From: an uncultured Mycoplasmatota bacterium
GTDB lineage: Bacteria > Bacillota_I > Bacilli_A > RF39 > UBA660
DNA: 57,518 nt
Direction of reading: 5' to 3'
Assembly (NCBI GenBank): GCA_946497145.1
Contig: CAMMJA010000004.1
Span: 1-57,518 of the forward strand
Shown here: piece by piece, positions 37,161 to 46,598 of the stretch
How positions within the stretch are numbered: position 1 is the first letter of the stretch
How the letters are laid out: each line of letters opens with the position of its first letter
The notes under the pieces: generated by a model
What the model was told of the DNA's origin: nothing
The model's database searches: none
The model's input: only the letters and a program-made list of their open reading frames with translations
Program-made: the position numbers and the translations under genes

Positions 37161-37770
37161 AGTAAAAGAAATAGAAGATTATTTAGATGAGTTATATCCG
37201 AATCCAAGATGTGAATTAAATTATCAGAAAGATTATGAACTATTGATTGCAGTAGTACTTAGTGCGCAGACGACAGATAAACGAGTAAACTCTGTAACAC
37301 CAATTTTATTTAAAAAGTATGATAACTTAGAAAAATTAAAAAATGGTGATGTTACTGAGATAGCAGAGATTTTAAGACCGATCGGTTCTTTTCGCAAGAA
37401 AGCAACTTACGTAAAAGAAATTGCCAAACGTTTGGATGAAGAATTTTCTGGTAAAGTACCAAATGATTGGGAAGTGTTACAAACATTTCCTGGAGTAGGA
37501 AGAAAGACGGCTAATGTAGTATTGAGTAATTTATATGACCGTCCTGCAATTGCTGTGGATACACATGTAGAAAGAGTGAGTAAACGTCTTGGTCTTGCTA
37601 AATTAGATGATACAGTATTAGAAGTAGAACAAAAATTGATGAAGAAGTATGCCAAAAAGAATTGGTCTAAGCGTCATCATCAAATGGTCTTGTTTGGTCG
37701 TTACCATTGTAAAGCAGTTCGTCCTGACTGTGAAACTTGTGCATTAAAAGATATTTGTAAACACAAATAA
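37153..37770 (+). CDS. nth: endonuclease III
   Basis: HhH-GPD 'FPGVGRKTANVVL', catalytic 'AVDTHV', 4Fe-4S 'CKAVRPDCETCALKDIC'. Confidence 0.9.
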   Translation: MNKVKEIEDYLDELYPNPRCELNYQKDYELLIAVVLSAQTTDKRVNSVTPILFKKYDNLEKLKNGDVTEIAEILRPIGSFRKKATYVKEIAKRLDEEFSGKVPNDWEVLQTFPGVGRKTANVVLSNLYDRPAIAVDTHVERVSKRLGLAKLDDTVLEVEQKLMKKYAKKNWSKRHHQMVLFGRYHCKAVRPDCETCALKDICKHK

Positions 37771-37794
37771 AAGAGTTCTGTTGAACTCTTTTTG
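37769..37794. terminator. bidirectional terminator between nth and ponA
   Basis: Hairpin aagagttc/gaactctt flanked by A-rich and T-rich runs. Confidence 0.7.
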
Positions 37795-40629
37795 TTATGA
37801 ATTAATAGTAATTACTCGTTTGTGGGTGTTGGAGTAAGTTTCAAATTTTACGACATAAGTAATCGTATAGGTACCTTCCTCAGTTAAACGTCTTGAATTG
37901 ATCGTTTTACCACTATCAGCTACAATTGTGTACGATATGGTTGCTTGATTGGTAACGTTGGCATTGTTCTTGTATACTGTAATAACATCTGTTCCATTTG
38001 GAATATCGTAACCACCTCCAATTTGTGAAAGTGTTACATTTTCTGTTTGTGAAACATTTAAAGAACTTGAATATTTGGTTTCTGAAGGTGGTGTTTCTTC
38101 TTCCTCATTTGGATCTTCTAGAACAAAGGTAGCAGCACTACTTTGATTAGAAGAATAGTTTTCGTAAGTTGCGACAACTTTGTAAGTTCCATAAGGTGTT
38201 TTTGGATTGTTGATAGTATAACTATTCTTCTCGACGAATCCTAACAATTTATCATTAAAGTAAACGTTATATCCAAGTGCACCATAACTATCTTGAGCAC
38301 CAGTGGCGCTTACTTTACTCCATGAAAGAGTAACGCGATCTTTATCTTCGTCGTATGTTACTTTGAAATTAGATGGCTTGTCTAATTTTGCATATTGTCC
38401 AGAAGTTTCAGTTGGTTCGGTACCTTTCTTAAAGTATTCGTAGACAATTTTGTCGCTTGGAGTAGAAGAACTTGCCAGCATTGGCGGATTGGTTCCGTAT
38501 TCGATTGGAACTTCTACAACGCTGTTTGGTACGGTAAATTGTTTGTTATTTTTATCGAATACTTCTTTTCCTAAGGCAATGAACAACTGGTTTTTTTGAT
38601 TAGATGCCGGAAGGTTATGACTACAGTATTCACTGTCGATTTCTTCGTATCCGTACCAGACACTGATCAAGGTATCTGGTGTATAGCCGACGATCCAAGA
38701 ATCACTGATCGCATCACTTGGAAGGTTGTAATCTTCCATTGTTTTTTCATCGTAGTTGGTTGTACCTGTTTTAGCAGCAAAGGTAACACCTGGAATGTAA
38801 CCAACAGATACATCTTTTAGTACGTCAGTAATCATAAAGGCCGTAGAATCGCTCATGGCTTTACTTCTTTCTGGTGCATATTCCTTGGTCTCGTTGGTAT
38901 CGCGGAAGACAACTTTGTTTACGGTATATGGTTCATAATAATATCCACCATTGGCAAACGCAGCATAAGCGCCACCCAATTGAACTGGTGATACTCCATT
39001 GAAGGCCCCTAAAGAGTGCGCTTCGTGAATTTTTCCATTTTCTATTTCGGGTTCAATTCCCAATCCTTGTACAAAGGAAATAATCTTTTTGTTATCTACT
39101 TGTTGGAAGGCCTTTAAAGCCGGAATGTTTCGTGATAGAGCTAACGCTCTTCTTAAGGTCATGGTTCCCATAAAAGTACCATCCCAGTTTTGAATGCTTT
39201 TTCCACCGGTATAAGAATATGGTTCATCTACAAATAAGGTATAAGTAGACCAGTTGTTAAATTCCATTCCTGGACCATAGTCAAACAACGGTTTAGCAGC
39301 AGAACCAGATTGTCTTTTGTATTTTGATCCATAGAAAGTAGCAAAATTGAACTCGTTAGCCCCTGTTTTATTTCTTCCAGCTCCAACAGCTAAGATTTTT
39401 CCACTATGTACATCCATAACGGAAACTCCAGTTTGAATGACATCGTCTATCCAAGTAAATCCTTCACCATTTAAAACACGGTTGACACCTTCTTGTTTTG
39501 CACGATCCATATTGGTATAAACAAGCATTGGAACAACATAAGGGTTTACTCCATAACGTTCTTGAATTTCTTCTGTTACTGTATCGATATATCCTTGGAA
39601 TTCATTGCTACTTTGCGCTGTTGGATTCACCAAACTTTCTACTGGAATCGATTTTGCAATTTCTGCTTCTTCTTCCGTAATATAACCATGCTTTTCCATT
39701 AAATACAATACAGTAGAACGTCTATCTTCAGCGTTTTCTGGATTGGTATCCGGACGATAGTTGTTAGGAGATTTAAACATACCGGCCAAAATAGATGCTT
39801 CACTAAGATTTAGATCTTTGACACTTTTTCCAAAGTATGCCTGACTTGCTTGTTCCACACCCCAAGCATTTCCTCCTAGATAGTGATTGTTAACATAAAA
39901 TTCAATAATTTGTTCTTTGGTATAATTCTTTTCTAGTTTAAAGATTGCTAGATAAATATCAGTAAACTTACGTACGATTCCTTCCCAGCCAGTATCTTCT
40001 GTCGTAGTAAAACTATTTTTGACTACTTGCATCGATAAAGTAGAAGCACCACCGGCATCGGAATTACCTGCGGCTTGTTTTAAGGAAGCTGCTAAAAAAC
40101 GTGGAGCATCAAAACCATTATGTTGGAAGAAACGAGCGTCTTCTGTTGCAATGATCGCATCAATCAATACTTGTGGCAATTCGTCGTAGCTGACTTTTTC
40201 ACGCATCTCCGTTCCTAATTTGGTAATGATACCACCGTCTTTGTCGTAATAAATGGTCGACTCTTTGGTATCGAGCTGCGCAACATTGAATTTTGGTGCC
40301 TGACTTACTACATAGATCAAGAAGCCACCGACACAAACACAGCCCAATATACCAATACTTAAAAAGACAATTAAGACAATGTTTAAGATTTTTCGTTGCT
40401 TGGCTTTTGATTTTGTTTTGTCTAATAATCTGGCAATTCCAATGATTACACCAATTCCGATCGCCATAATGGCTGTCAAAATTAGCCCAATAGCAAAATA
40501 ACTTACCACAAGTAACAATAAAATACCAATGAGGCAAAGAAAACGTGGATTTTTAAAATTAAATGTTTGCTTATTAGATTTTGAGTTTCCTTTATTTTTA
40601 CTATTTTTTTTATTTTTATTCTGTGTCAT
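37795..40629 (-). CDS. ponA: class A penicillin-binding protein (PBP1A family) with a C-terminal beta-domain extension
   Basis: Glycosyltransferase 'EDARFFQHNGFD' and 'GASTLSMQ'. Transpeptidase 'SAAKP' (SxxK), 'SRN', 'KTGT'. About 250 extra C-terminal residues with FN3-like features. Confidence 0.9.
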   Translation of the reverse strand: MTQNKNKKNSKNKGNSKSNKQTFNFKNPRFLCLIGILLLLVVSYFAIGLILTAIMAIGIGVIIGIARLLDKTKSKAKQRKILNIVLIVFLSIGILGCVCVGGFLIYVVSQAPKFNVAQLDTKESTIYYDKDGGIITKLGTEMREKVSYDELPQVLIDAIIATEDARFFQHNGFDAPRFLAASLKQAAGNSDAGGASTLSMQVVKNSFTTTEDTGWEGIVRKFTDIYLAIFKLEKNYTKEQIIEFYVNNHYLGGNAWGVEQASQAYFGKSVKDLNLSEASILAGMFKSPNNYRPDTNPENAEDRRSTVLYLMEKHGYITEEEAEIAKSIPVESLVNPTAQSSNEFQGYIDTVTEEIQERYGVNPYVVPMLVYTNMDRAKQEGVNRVLNGEGFTWIDDVIQTGVSVMDVHSGKILAVGAGRNKTGANEFNFATFYGSKYKRQSGSAAKPLFDYGPGMEFNNWSTYTLFVDEPYSYTGGKSIQNWDGTFMGTMTLRRALALSRNIPALKAFQQVDNKKIISFVQGLGIEPEIENGKIHEAHSLGAFNGVSPVQLGGAYAAFANGGYYYEPYTVNKVVFRDTNETKEYAPERSKAMSDSTAFMITDVLKDVSVGYIPGVTFAAKTGTTNYDEKTMEDYNLPSDAISDSWIVGYTPDTLISVWYGYEEIDSEYCSHNLPASNQKNQLFIALGKEVFDKNNKQFTVPNSVVEVPIEYGTNPPMLASSSTPSDKIVYEYFKKGTEPTETSGQYAKLDKPSNFKVTYDEDKDRVTLSWSKVSATGAQDSYGALGYNVYFNDKLLGFVEKNSYTINNPKTPYGTYKVVATYENYSSNQSSAATFVLEDPNEEEETPPSETKYSSSLNVSQTENVTLSQIGGGYDIPNGTDVITVYKNNANVTNQATISYTIVADSGKTINSRRLTEEGTYTITYVVKFETYSNTHKRVITINS

Positions 40630-41207
40630 TTGGTTACACCTCCATAAATTTGATCAACAATACTTAGATAATCAACTCTTGGTTTTAGTTTATCTTTAAT
40701 TAAAAAAGCGTGCTCTTGAAAATAAGCGAGTGGAATCGATTTACGTTGATTGTGATCTAAAAATTCTAACAAGTCGCTTCCTAATAAAAGATAAGTTAGG
40801 TTCAGTGTCGTAAAACGAACAATTAGAAAAGCGATGCCATGATGTCTTAGGATGTTTCCAATATGCTCGATTTGATGATGATGAATGTTGGCAAGGGGAA
40901 AAGAAGTTCTACTTGTCGTTTCTTTGGCTTCAAAATCAATGTAACAACCATGATAAAGTCCATTGTAATCAGTGGTCGATGGCATTTCAAAAAACGCTTC
41001 TTTGATGATGGCTTGTTTTCTAGATGGATAATCTACTTTGGTTATTTTGATAGGAGTTGGTTTTTTATATATATATGCCAAATCGATCTCTCGATAGTAT
41101 TCATTCGTCAAATTGATTTCTTTTTCTAGAGTCATTCCACGATTACCGTAAGAAGTATTTTCTTGTGGTTGTTCATAACTCTTTTTAATACCTCTGGGAT
41201 ACTTCAT
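40626..41207 (-). CDS. recU: Holliday junction resolvase RecU
   Basis: 'YGNRGMTLEKEIN', 'DYNGLYHGCYIDFEAKET'. Overlaps the ponA start (ATGA) as in the Bacillus recU-ponA operon. Confidence 0.9.
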   Translation of the reverse strand: MKYPRGIKKSYEQPQENTSYGNRGMTLEKEINLTNEYYREIDLAYIYKKPTPIKITKVDYPSRKQAIIKEAFFEMPSTTDYNGLYHGCYIDFEAKETTSRTSFPLANIHHHQIEHIGNILRHHGIAFLIVRFTTLNLTYLLLGSDLLEFLDHNQRKSIPLAYFQEHAFLIKDKLKPRVDYLSIVDQIYGGVTK

Positions 41208-41568
41208 TTCATCACCTATCATAGATTATACTATAAGATTGCTTTTTTTTCCATCTTTTTTCCGTTTTTTCCATATTTTGTTTTTTGGTTTTTATGACAA
41301 AAAAACTGTCAATACAAAAGTATATTTTGTATTTGTTTGTCGAAAGAAGTGAAAGAATAATAGAAAGTAGGGTAGAGTAGGAAAAAAGGGGATGAAAAAA
41401 ATGAATGCTTTAGAAGCAATTGCGATTATGAATCGTATGATCGATGAAACGCGCTATCTTAAAATAAAGACCCAGGTCATAGAAATAAATCGTAGTAAAG
41501 TTAGGGAAGCAATTGACAAATAACTACTTTTTTGCGACAATATATGATATAAAGGGATTGGTGATAAC

Positions 41569-41895
41569 ATGTATCAAAACAAAATTAACTTGTCTCCACA
41601 AGATATTTTAGAAAAAGAATTTAAAATTGATACAAGAGGATACCGTTTAAAAGAAGTGGATCAATTTTTGGATATCATCATTGGAGATTATGAACAGTTT
41701 TTTGCTATTATCAACAACTTAGAAAAAGAAAAAGAAGAATTGCTTCATGAAATTATGAATTTAAAGCAAGAACTTCGCAACGTGAAGATGAATATGGAAA
41801 TTGCGAAAACATCTGATCATGGTGAAGTGACGAATATTGATATTATGCGTCGCTTGTCACATTTAGAAAAAATTGTATATGGGAAAGAAGAATAA
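41569..41895 (+). CDS. gpsB: cell-cycle protein GpsB (DivIVA-domain)
   Basis: 'LSPQDILEKEFKIDTRGYRLKEVDQFLD' DivIVA N-terminal domain. 108 aa. Confidence 0.85.
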   Translation: MYQNKINLSPQDILEKEFKIDTRGYRLKEVDQFLDIIIGDYEQFFAIINNLEKEKEELLHEIMNLKQELRNVKMNMEIAKTSDHGEVTNIDIMRRLSHLEKIVYGKEE

Positions 41896-42243
41896 TACTT
41901 TGGCAAACGCTGTACGTTTTCGTATAGAGGAAAGTCCATGCTCACAAGGACTGTGATGTCCTTAGTGTTCGTGCTTAGGGAAACGATAACCTAAGGTAGA
42001 GAAATCTAACGGCGTAGAAATAATCTAAGTCGATCGATAAGATTAAAGTATACATAACGTGCCACAGTGACGATAGTTTGAAGAAATTTAAACGTGAAAC
42101 GTTGGTAAACCCCACGAGTGAGAAACCCAAATTTTGGTAGGGGAGTCCTGATGCAGGAAAGATAACGAATTCAGGGACCGAGTAATCGGTAGATAGATGT
42201 TTGCCACCTAGAAATAGGTACAGAACATGGCTTATAAAGTATT
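41894..42243 (+). ncRNA. rnpB: RNase P RNA, type B
   Basis: P1 pairing AATACTTT (41894-41901) with AAAGTATT (42236-42243). Universal 'GAGGAAAGTCCATGCTC' (P4 5' strand). 'GTGCCACAGTGACG', 'GGTAAACCCCACGAGTGAGAAACCCAAATTTTGGTAGGGGA' and 'ACAGAACATGGCTTA' (P4 3' strand) line up block by block with B. subtilis rnpB. Confidence 0.9.
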
Positions 42244-42272
42244 ATTTTTTGATTTTAGAAGAGGTGTGATAC

Positions 42273-42791
42273 GTGAAAGAACTAGGTGAATATTTAAAAG
42301 AAACTAGAATAGATCACGGGGTAAGTCTAGAAGAAGCAGCCGAAGATTTACAAATGAGTGAATCACAGTTAGAAAATATGGAAAGTGGTAATGTAAGAGC
42401 ATTCCAAGACGTTTATACGCTAAAAGAATACGTTCGAAATTATGCCAAGTACTTAGGATTAGATTCCGATAAAGTATTAGATGAGTTTAACGACTTTCTT
42501 TTTGAACACACTTCCAAGATATCGTTAAGTGATATTTTAGAAGAAGAAGCCAAGAGAAAAGCCAAAGAAAAAGAAGAACCAAAGAAAAAAATTAGTTCTC
42601 CATATACCAAAATCAAAGCGACAAGACCTAATGTTCCTTTGGCTCCTATTGTTTTGGTTTGTTTAATTCTATTACTCTTGGTACTTATCATTTATTTGTT
42701 GTTAAAAAATGCTAGCGATGCAAGAAAAATCGATACGGAGTTACAGCCAGCAAGAAACAGTTGGGAGGAAAAGTATGAATTTACCTACTAA
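42273..42791 (+). CDS. RodZ-like protein (XRE-type HTH domain + TM helix)
   Basis: N-terminal HTH 'LGEYLKETRIDHGVSLEEAAEDLQMS', one TM helix. Sits upstream of pgsA like B. subtilis ymfM/rodZ. GTG start after GAAGAGGTG. Confidence 0.6.
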   Translation: MKELGEYLKETRIDHGVSLEEAAEDLQMSESQLENMESGNVRAFQDVYTLKEYVRNYAKYLGLDSDKVLDEFNDFLFEHTSKISLSDILEEEAKRKAKEKEEPKKKISSPYTKIKATRPNVPLAPIVLVCLILLLLVLIIYLLLKNASDARKIDTELQPARNSWEEKYEFTY

Positions 42792-43365
42792 GTTGACCAT
42801 TGTAAGAATCGTTATGTCAATTGTCATTATCATCTTATTGTTGTTTCCTTTTTATTCGGTTGGCATTTCGTTTCCAAAATTTATCATTGGTGGTATTTAT
42901 GTTAAGAGTCAGTACTTTATTGCGGGAATTTTGTTTATTCTCGCTAGTTTTACAGATTTTTTAGACGGATATTTGGCGCGCAAGAACAATCAAATTACCA
43001 ATACGGGAAAAATGTTGGATGCGATTGCCGATAAGGTATTAGTAGATTCTGTGCTTATCATTTTGGCTTGTCATGGTTTGATCGCACCAATCATTCCTGT
43101 AGTTGTTGTCTTGCGTGACGTAGTAGTTAATGCGATCAAAATGGAAGCCGCAGGAAAAGGAAAAGTGATTGCGGCGATTTCATCAGGAAAAATAAAAACT
43201 GCCAGTTTAATGGTGGGAATTGCTTTGGTATTTTTCTACAATTTACCATTTGAGTTTTGGAATATTCGTGTTGCTGATTTCTTACTTTATTTTGCAACAA
43301 TTATGTCTATTATTTCTGCAGTTGAATATTATAAACTAAACAAGAGTTTATTGTTTGAGAAGTAA
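42775..43365 (+). CDS. pgsA: CDP-diacylglycerol--glycerol-3-phosphate 3-phosphatidyltransferase
   Basis: CDP-alcohol phosphatidyltransferase motif 'DFLDGYLARKNN...GKMLDAIADK'. ATG 42775 follows GGGAGG. Confidence 0.9.
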   Translation: MNLPTKLTIVRIVMSIVIIILLLFPFYSVGISFPKFIIGGIYVKSQYFIAGILFILASFTDFLDGYLARKNNQITNTGKMLDAIADKVLVDSVLIILACHGLIAPIIPVVVVLRDVVVNAIKMEAAGKGKVIAAISSGKIKTASLMVGIALVFFYNLPFEFWNIRVADFLLYFATIMSIISAVEYYKLNKSLLFEK

Positions 43366-43376
43366 CGAGGTGAAAT

Positions 43377-43829
43377 ATGAATATTCTTGAACAGTTGTCT
43401 TATGAAAGAATGCTTCTTAAGAAAGGTGAGATAACCCCAGAAATACTAGAGCAAGTGCAGTTGTTAAGTCAAAACATTCAAGAATTTAAAGAAAAAAATC
43501 AAATCAAATCGTTGACAGAACCAAGAGATTGGGAAAAAACAGAAGTACTTCCAAATCGAATTATAACTTATTTGTTGGAAGAAAAAATTGCTTATCTTTT
43601 AGAACAAGATCGCAATTTTTACTGGACAACATTAATTGGAACAGCCGTTACACAATTAGAAGAAGAATTCGAAACCTTTGTCGTATTTGCTCACCATAAT
43701 TATGGAGCAAGAAACTTTCTTTTGGATATGGAACAAACTGGATCTTTACAAATACGTTCTGATGGACGGGTCTATAAAAATTCCCAGAAGTTGTTAAAAA
43801 AAGAAAATTGTTGTGAAAAGAGATCATAA
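43377..43829 (+). CDS. hypothetical 150-aa protein
   Basis: ORF with SD CGAGGTGA. No recognisable motif. Occupies the slot where Bacillus has cinA. Terminator at 43819-43843. Confidence 0.5.
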   Translation: MNILEQLSYERMLLKKGEITPEILEQVQLLSQNIQEFKEKNQIKSLTEPRDWEKTEVLPNRIITYLLEEKIAYLLEQDRNFYWTTLIGTAVTQLEEEFETFVVFAHHNYGARNFLLDMEQTGSLQIRSDGRVYKNSQKLLKKENCCEKRS

Positions 43830-43970
43830 TTGATCTTTTTTTGTAAATGAAAAAACAATTTTGTTAATTATTTTGTTTTCAAAAAATAACAAACTTTTGT
43901 TCGAAAAGCACTTGCTTTTTTGATTTGTATATTGTAAAATGAATCTATAAGGAGAAAATAGGAGGAACTT

Positions 43971-45005
43971 ATGAATAAAACAGTAGAAAAAAACAAAACG
44001 TTGGAACAAGTTTTAAACGACATTGAAAAACAATTTGGAAAGGGTTCTATCATGCGGCTTGGGGATAGTAAACACATGGAAATTGACGTTTGTCCAAGTG
44101 GTTCTCTTTCGCTAGATATTGCCTTAGGGGTAGGTGGGTATCCAAGAGGTAGAATCATAGAAATATACGGACCGGAGTCAAGTGGTAAAACAACTTTTGC
44201 ATTGCATGCGATTGCTGAAATTCAAAAAGCGGGTGGAAGAGCGGCCTTTATCGATGCAGAACACGCTTTGGATCCTGTATACGCTAAAAATTTAGGAGTA
44301 AACATTAATGAATTATTATTATCACAACCTGATACGGGGGAACAGGCATTAGAAATTTGTGAGGCATTAGTAAGAAGTGAAGCCGTCAGTATTGTCGTCA
44401 TTGATTCGGTTGCTGCGTTGGTTCCTCAAGCCGAAATTGATGGAGAAATGGGTGATTCACACGTTGGTCTTCAAGCACGCTTGATGAGTCAGGCCCTACG
44501 AAAGTTGTCAGGAACGATCAGCAAGACGAAGACGACAGCCATCTTCATTAATCAGTTGAGAGAAAAAGTGGGAGTTATGTTTGGTAATCCGGAGACGACG
44601 CCAGGTGGTCGTGCTCTTAAATTTTATTCTACCATTCGTCTTGATATTAGAAGAAGTGAGCAATTGAAAGTAGGAGATGGCATCATTGGAAATAAAACGA
44701 ATATTAAAGTAGTGAAAAACAAAGTGGCACCTCCGTTTAAAACTGCAACAGTCGATATTATGTATGGCGAAGGAGTAAGTCGTGAAGGAGAAATCGTCGA
44801 TTTGGGTGTCGAAGCAGGCATCATCGATAAAAGCGGTGCATGGTTTTCTTACAATGGTGAGAAGTTAGGTCAAGGAAAAGAAAACGTAAAACTATTGTTG
44901 AAAGATAATGTGAAGTTGAAAGAAGAGTTGGAACAAAAAGTACGTGAATTTTATGGAATTGCTTTAAAGAAACCAAAAGAAAAAGAAGTAACAAAGGACA
45001 GATAA
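43971..45005 (+). CDS. recA: recombinase RecA
   Basis: 'GPESSGKTT' Walker A, 'VVIDSVAAL' and L1/L2 loop regions conserved. Confidence 0.97.
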   Translation: MNKTVEKNKTLEQVLNDIEKQFGKGSIMRLGDSKHMEIDVCPSGSLSLDIALGVGGYPRGRIIEIYGPESSGKTTFALHAIAEIQKAGGRAAFIDAEHALDPVYAKNLGVNINELLLSQPDTGEQALEICEALVRSEAVSIVVIDSVAALVPQAEIDGEMGDSHVGLQARLMSQALRKLSGTISKTKTTAIFINQLREKVGVMFGNPETTPGGRALKFYSTIRLDIRRSEQLKVGDGIIGNKTNIKVVKNKVAPPFKTATVDIMYGEGVSREGEIVDLGVEAGIIDKSGAWFSYNGEKLGQGKENVKLLLKDNVKLKEELEQKVREFYGIALKKPKEKEVTKDR

Positions 45006-45018
45006 TGTCCTTTTTTTG
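44994..45018 (+). terminator. intrinsic terminator after recA
   Basis: Hairpin aaggaca/tgtcctt + T6, overlapping the recA stop. Confidence 0.7.
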
Positions 45019-45038
45019 TACAATACATATATTACAAT

Positions 45039-46466
45039 ATGAAGAAGTTGTCTGAGTTAGTAGAATGTTCTTATGATGTTTTAATTAAAAATATCAAAAC
45101 GGATTCACGCCAAGTAGAGCCAGGAGATTTGTTTGTTTGTATCCACGGTTTATACTTTGATCGTCACGATTTTATCGATCAAGCAATAGAAAAAGGAGCT
45201 GTTGCAATCATTGTGGATAAAAAAACATCATGTAAAGTTCCTGTGGTCATGGTGAACAATACAAATGTAACTTTGTTAGAAATCTGTGAGAAGTTTTACG
45301 ATGATCCATCGTCTAAACTAACTATGATTGCGACGACAGGTACAGATGGTAAGACTACGGTTGCGATGATGATTTGGCAATTATTAAGTGAAAATCATTC
45401 TGTTGCTTATCTAGGAACCAATGGGTTACATTTTCAAAAAGAAGAAAGTATTACTTCTAATACTACTCCGATTCCTGAGCAATTGTATGCTTATTTAGAT
45501 CGTGTTGTAAAAAAGAATGGTTCCGTGGTTAGTATGGAGGTATCTTCCGAATCATTGGTTCATCAACGTGTAAATCGAATAAAGTTCGATATGGCGATTT
45601 TGACTAATATAACAGAAGATCATTTAAATGTACATAAAACCATAGAAGAGTATATCAAAGCCAAAGGGAAACTATTTACGCTAGTCAAAGAAAAAGGAAT
45701 TTGCCTTTTAAATCATGATGATTCGCACTACGAAGAGATGTTACCTTATTGTCAAAACAAACAAGTGTATACGTATGGAAAACATCCTGAAAGTGATTTC
45801 CAAATATCACAAATTACCTATGGCAAAAAGGCCAAATTTTGTATTACATATCGCAATGAAACCGTCGAAGTAGAAAGCCCTTACTTTGGAACTTACAACG
45901 TATGGAATTTGACGGCTGCCTTTGCAGTTTGTTATTTGCTAGGGGAAGATTCTAATGAACTTTTGGTCCGGATAAAAAAAATGAAACCAATACCTGGTAG
46001 AGGGGAGTGGCTGGATTATGGTCAAGATTATAAAGTGTTACTAGATTATGCACATACAGAGAACGCTATTTTTAATGTATTAAAAATGATAAAACAATAT
46101 TCTCATCGTCGCGTTATCACAGTAATGGGCTCAGCAGGTGGAAGAGAAAAAGAAAAAAGAAAGGGAATGGGAAACATTGCTTTAACTCTTTCTGATTTGG
46201 TAATCTTTACAATGGATGATCCGCGAAATGAATCTGTAGATGAAATTATTGATGATTTGGTTAGTGGTAGTGACAAAAAAAATTACCGACGTATTTTTGA
46301 TCGAAAACAGGCCATTGATTATGCTTTATCTATTGCCCAAAAGGACGATGTTGTCGCAATTTTAGGAAAGGGTAGAGATCATTACATGGCGGTTGGGGAT
46401 CAATATCTTTCGTATTGTGATGGTGACGTAATAAAAGAGTATTATCAAAAACATAAAGATCGTTAA
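45039..46466 (+). CDS. murE: UDP-N-acetylmuramoyl-L-alanyl-D-glutamate ligase (MurE family)
   Basis: 'TDSRQVEPGDLFVCI', P-loop 'TGTDGKTT', 'DYAHT', 'MDDPRNE'. The Arg retained in D-D-P-R hints at meso-DAP specificity. Confidence 0.85.
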   Translation: MKKLSELVECSYDVLIKNIKTDSRQVEPGDLFVCIHGLYFDRHDFIDQAIEKGAVAIIVDKKTSCKVPVVMVNNTNVTLLEICEKFYDDPSSKLTMIATTGTDGKTTVAMMIWQLLSENHSVAYLGTNGLHFQKEESITSNTTPIPEQLYAYLDRVVKKNGSVVSMEVSSESLVHQRVNRIKFDMAILTNITEDHLNVHKTIEEYIKAKGKLFTLVKEKGICLLNHDDSHYEEMLPYCQNKQVYTYGKHPESDFQISQITYGKKAKFCITYRNETVEVESPYFGTYNVWNLTAAFAVCYLLGEDSNELLVRIKKMKPIPGRGEWLDYGQDYKVLLDYAHTENAIFNVLKMIKQYSHRRVITVMGSAGGREKEKRKGMGNIALTLSDLVIFTMDDPRNESVDEIIDDLVSGSDKKNYRRIFDRKQAIDYALSIAQKDDVVAILGKGRDHYMAVGDQYLSYCDGDVIKEYYQKHKDR

Positions 46467-46513
46467 ATGGGTTATAAAATTTCTTCGTTCGAAATTTTAG
46501 TCAGATGTTTTGC

Positions 46514-46542
46514 TTGACATCAAGTCGAAACAATTTTACAAT
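46514..46542 (+). promoter_or_regulatory. sigma-A-type promoter of rny
   Basis: TTGACA - 17 nt - TACAAT. Confidence 0.6.
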
Positions 46543-46598
46543 AGAATTGAATTATCATAAAAAATAATTTCAGTAAATTTTAGAAATGGAGGAATTTT

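Noticed and set aside
40199-40537. 112-aa alternate-frame ORF within the ponA 5' region
   Set aside because: It lies on the same strand, out of frame, within the conserved PBP1A gene, and has no SD.
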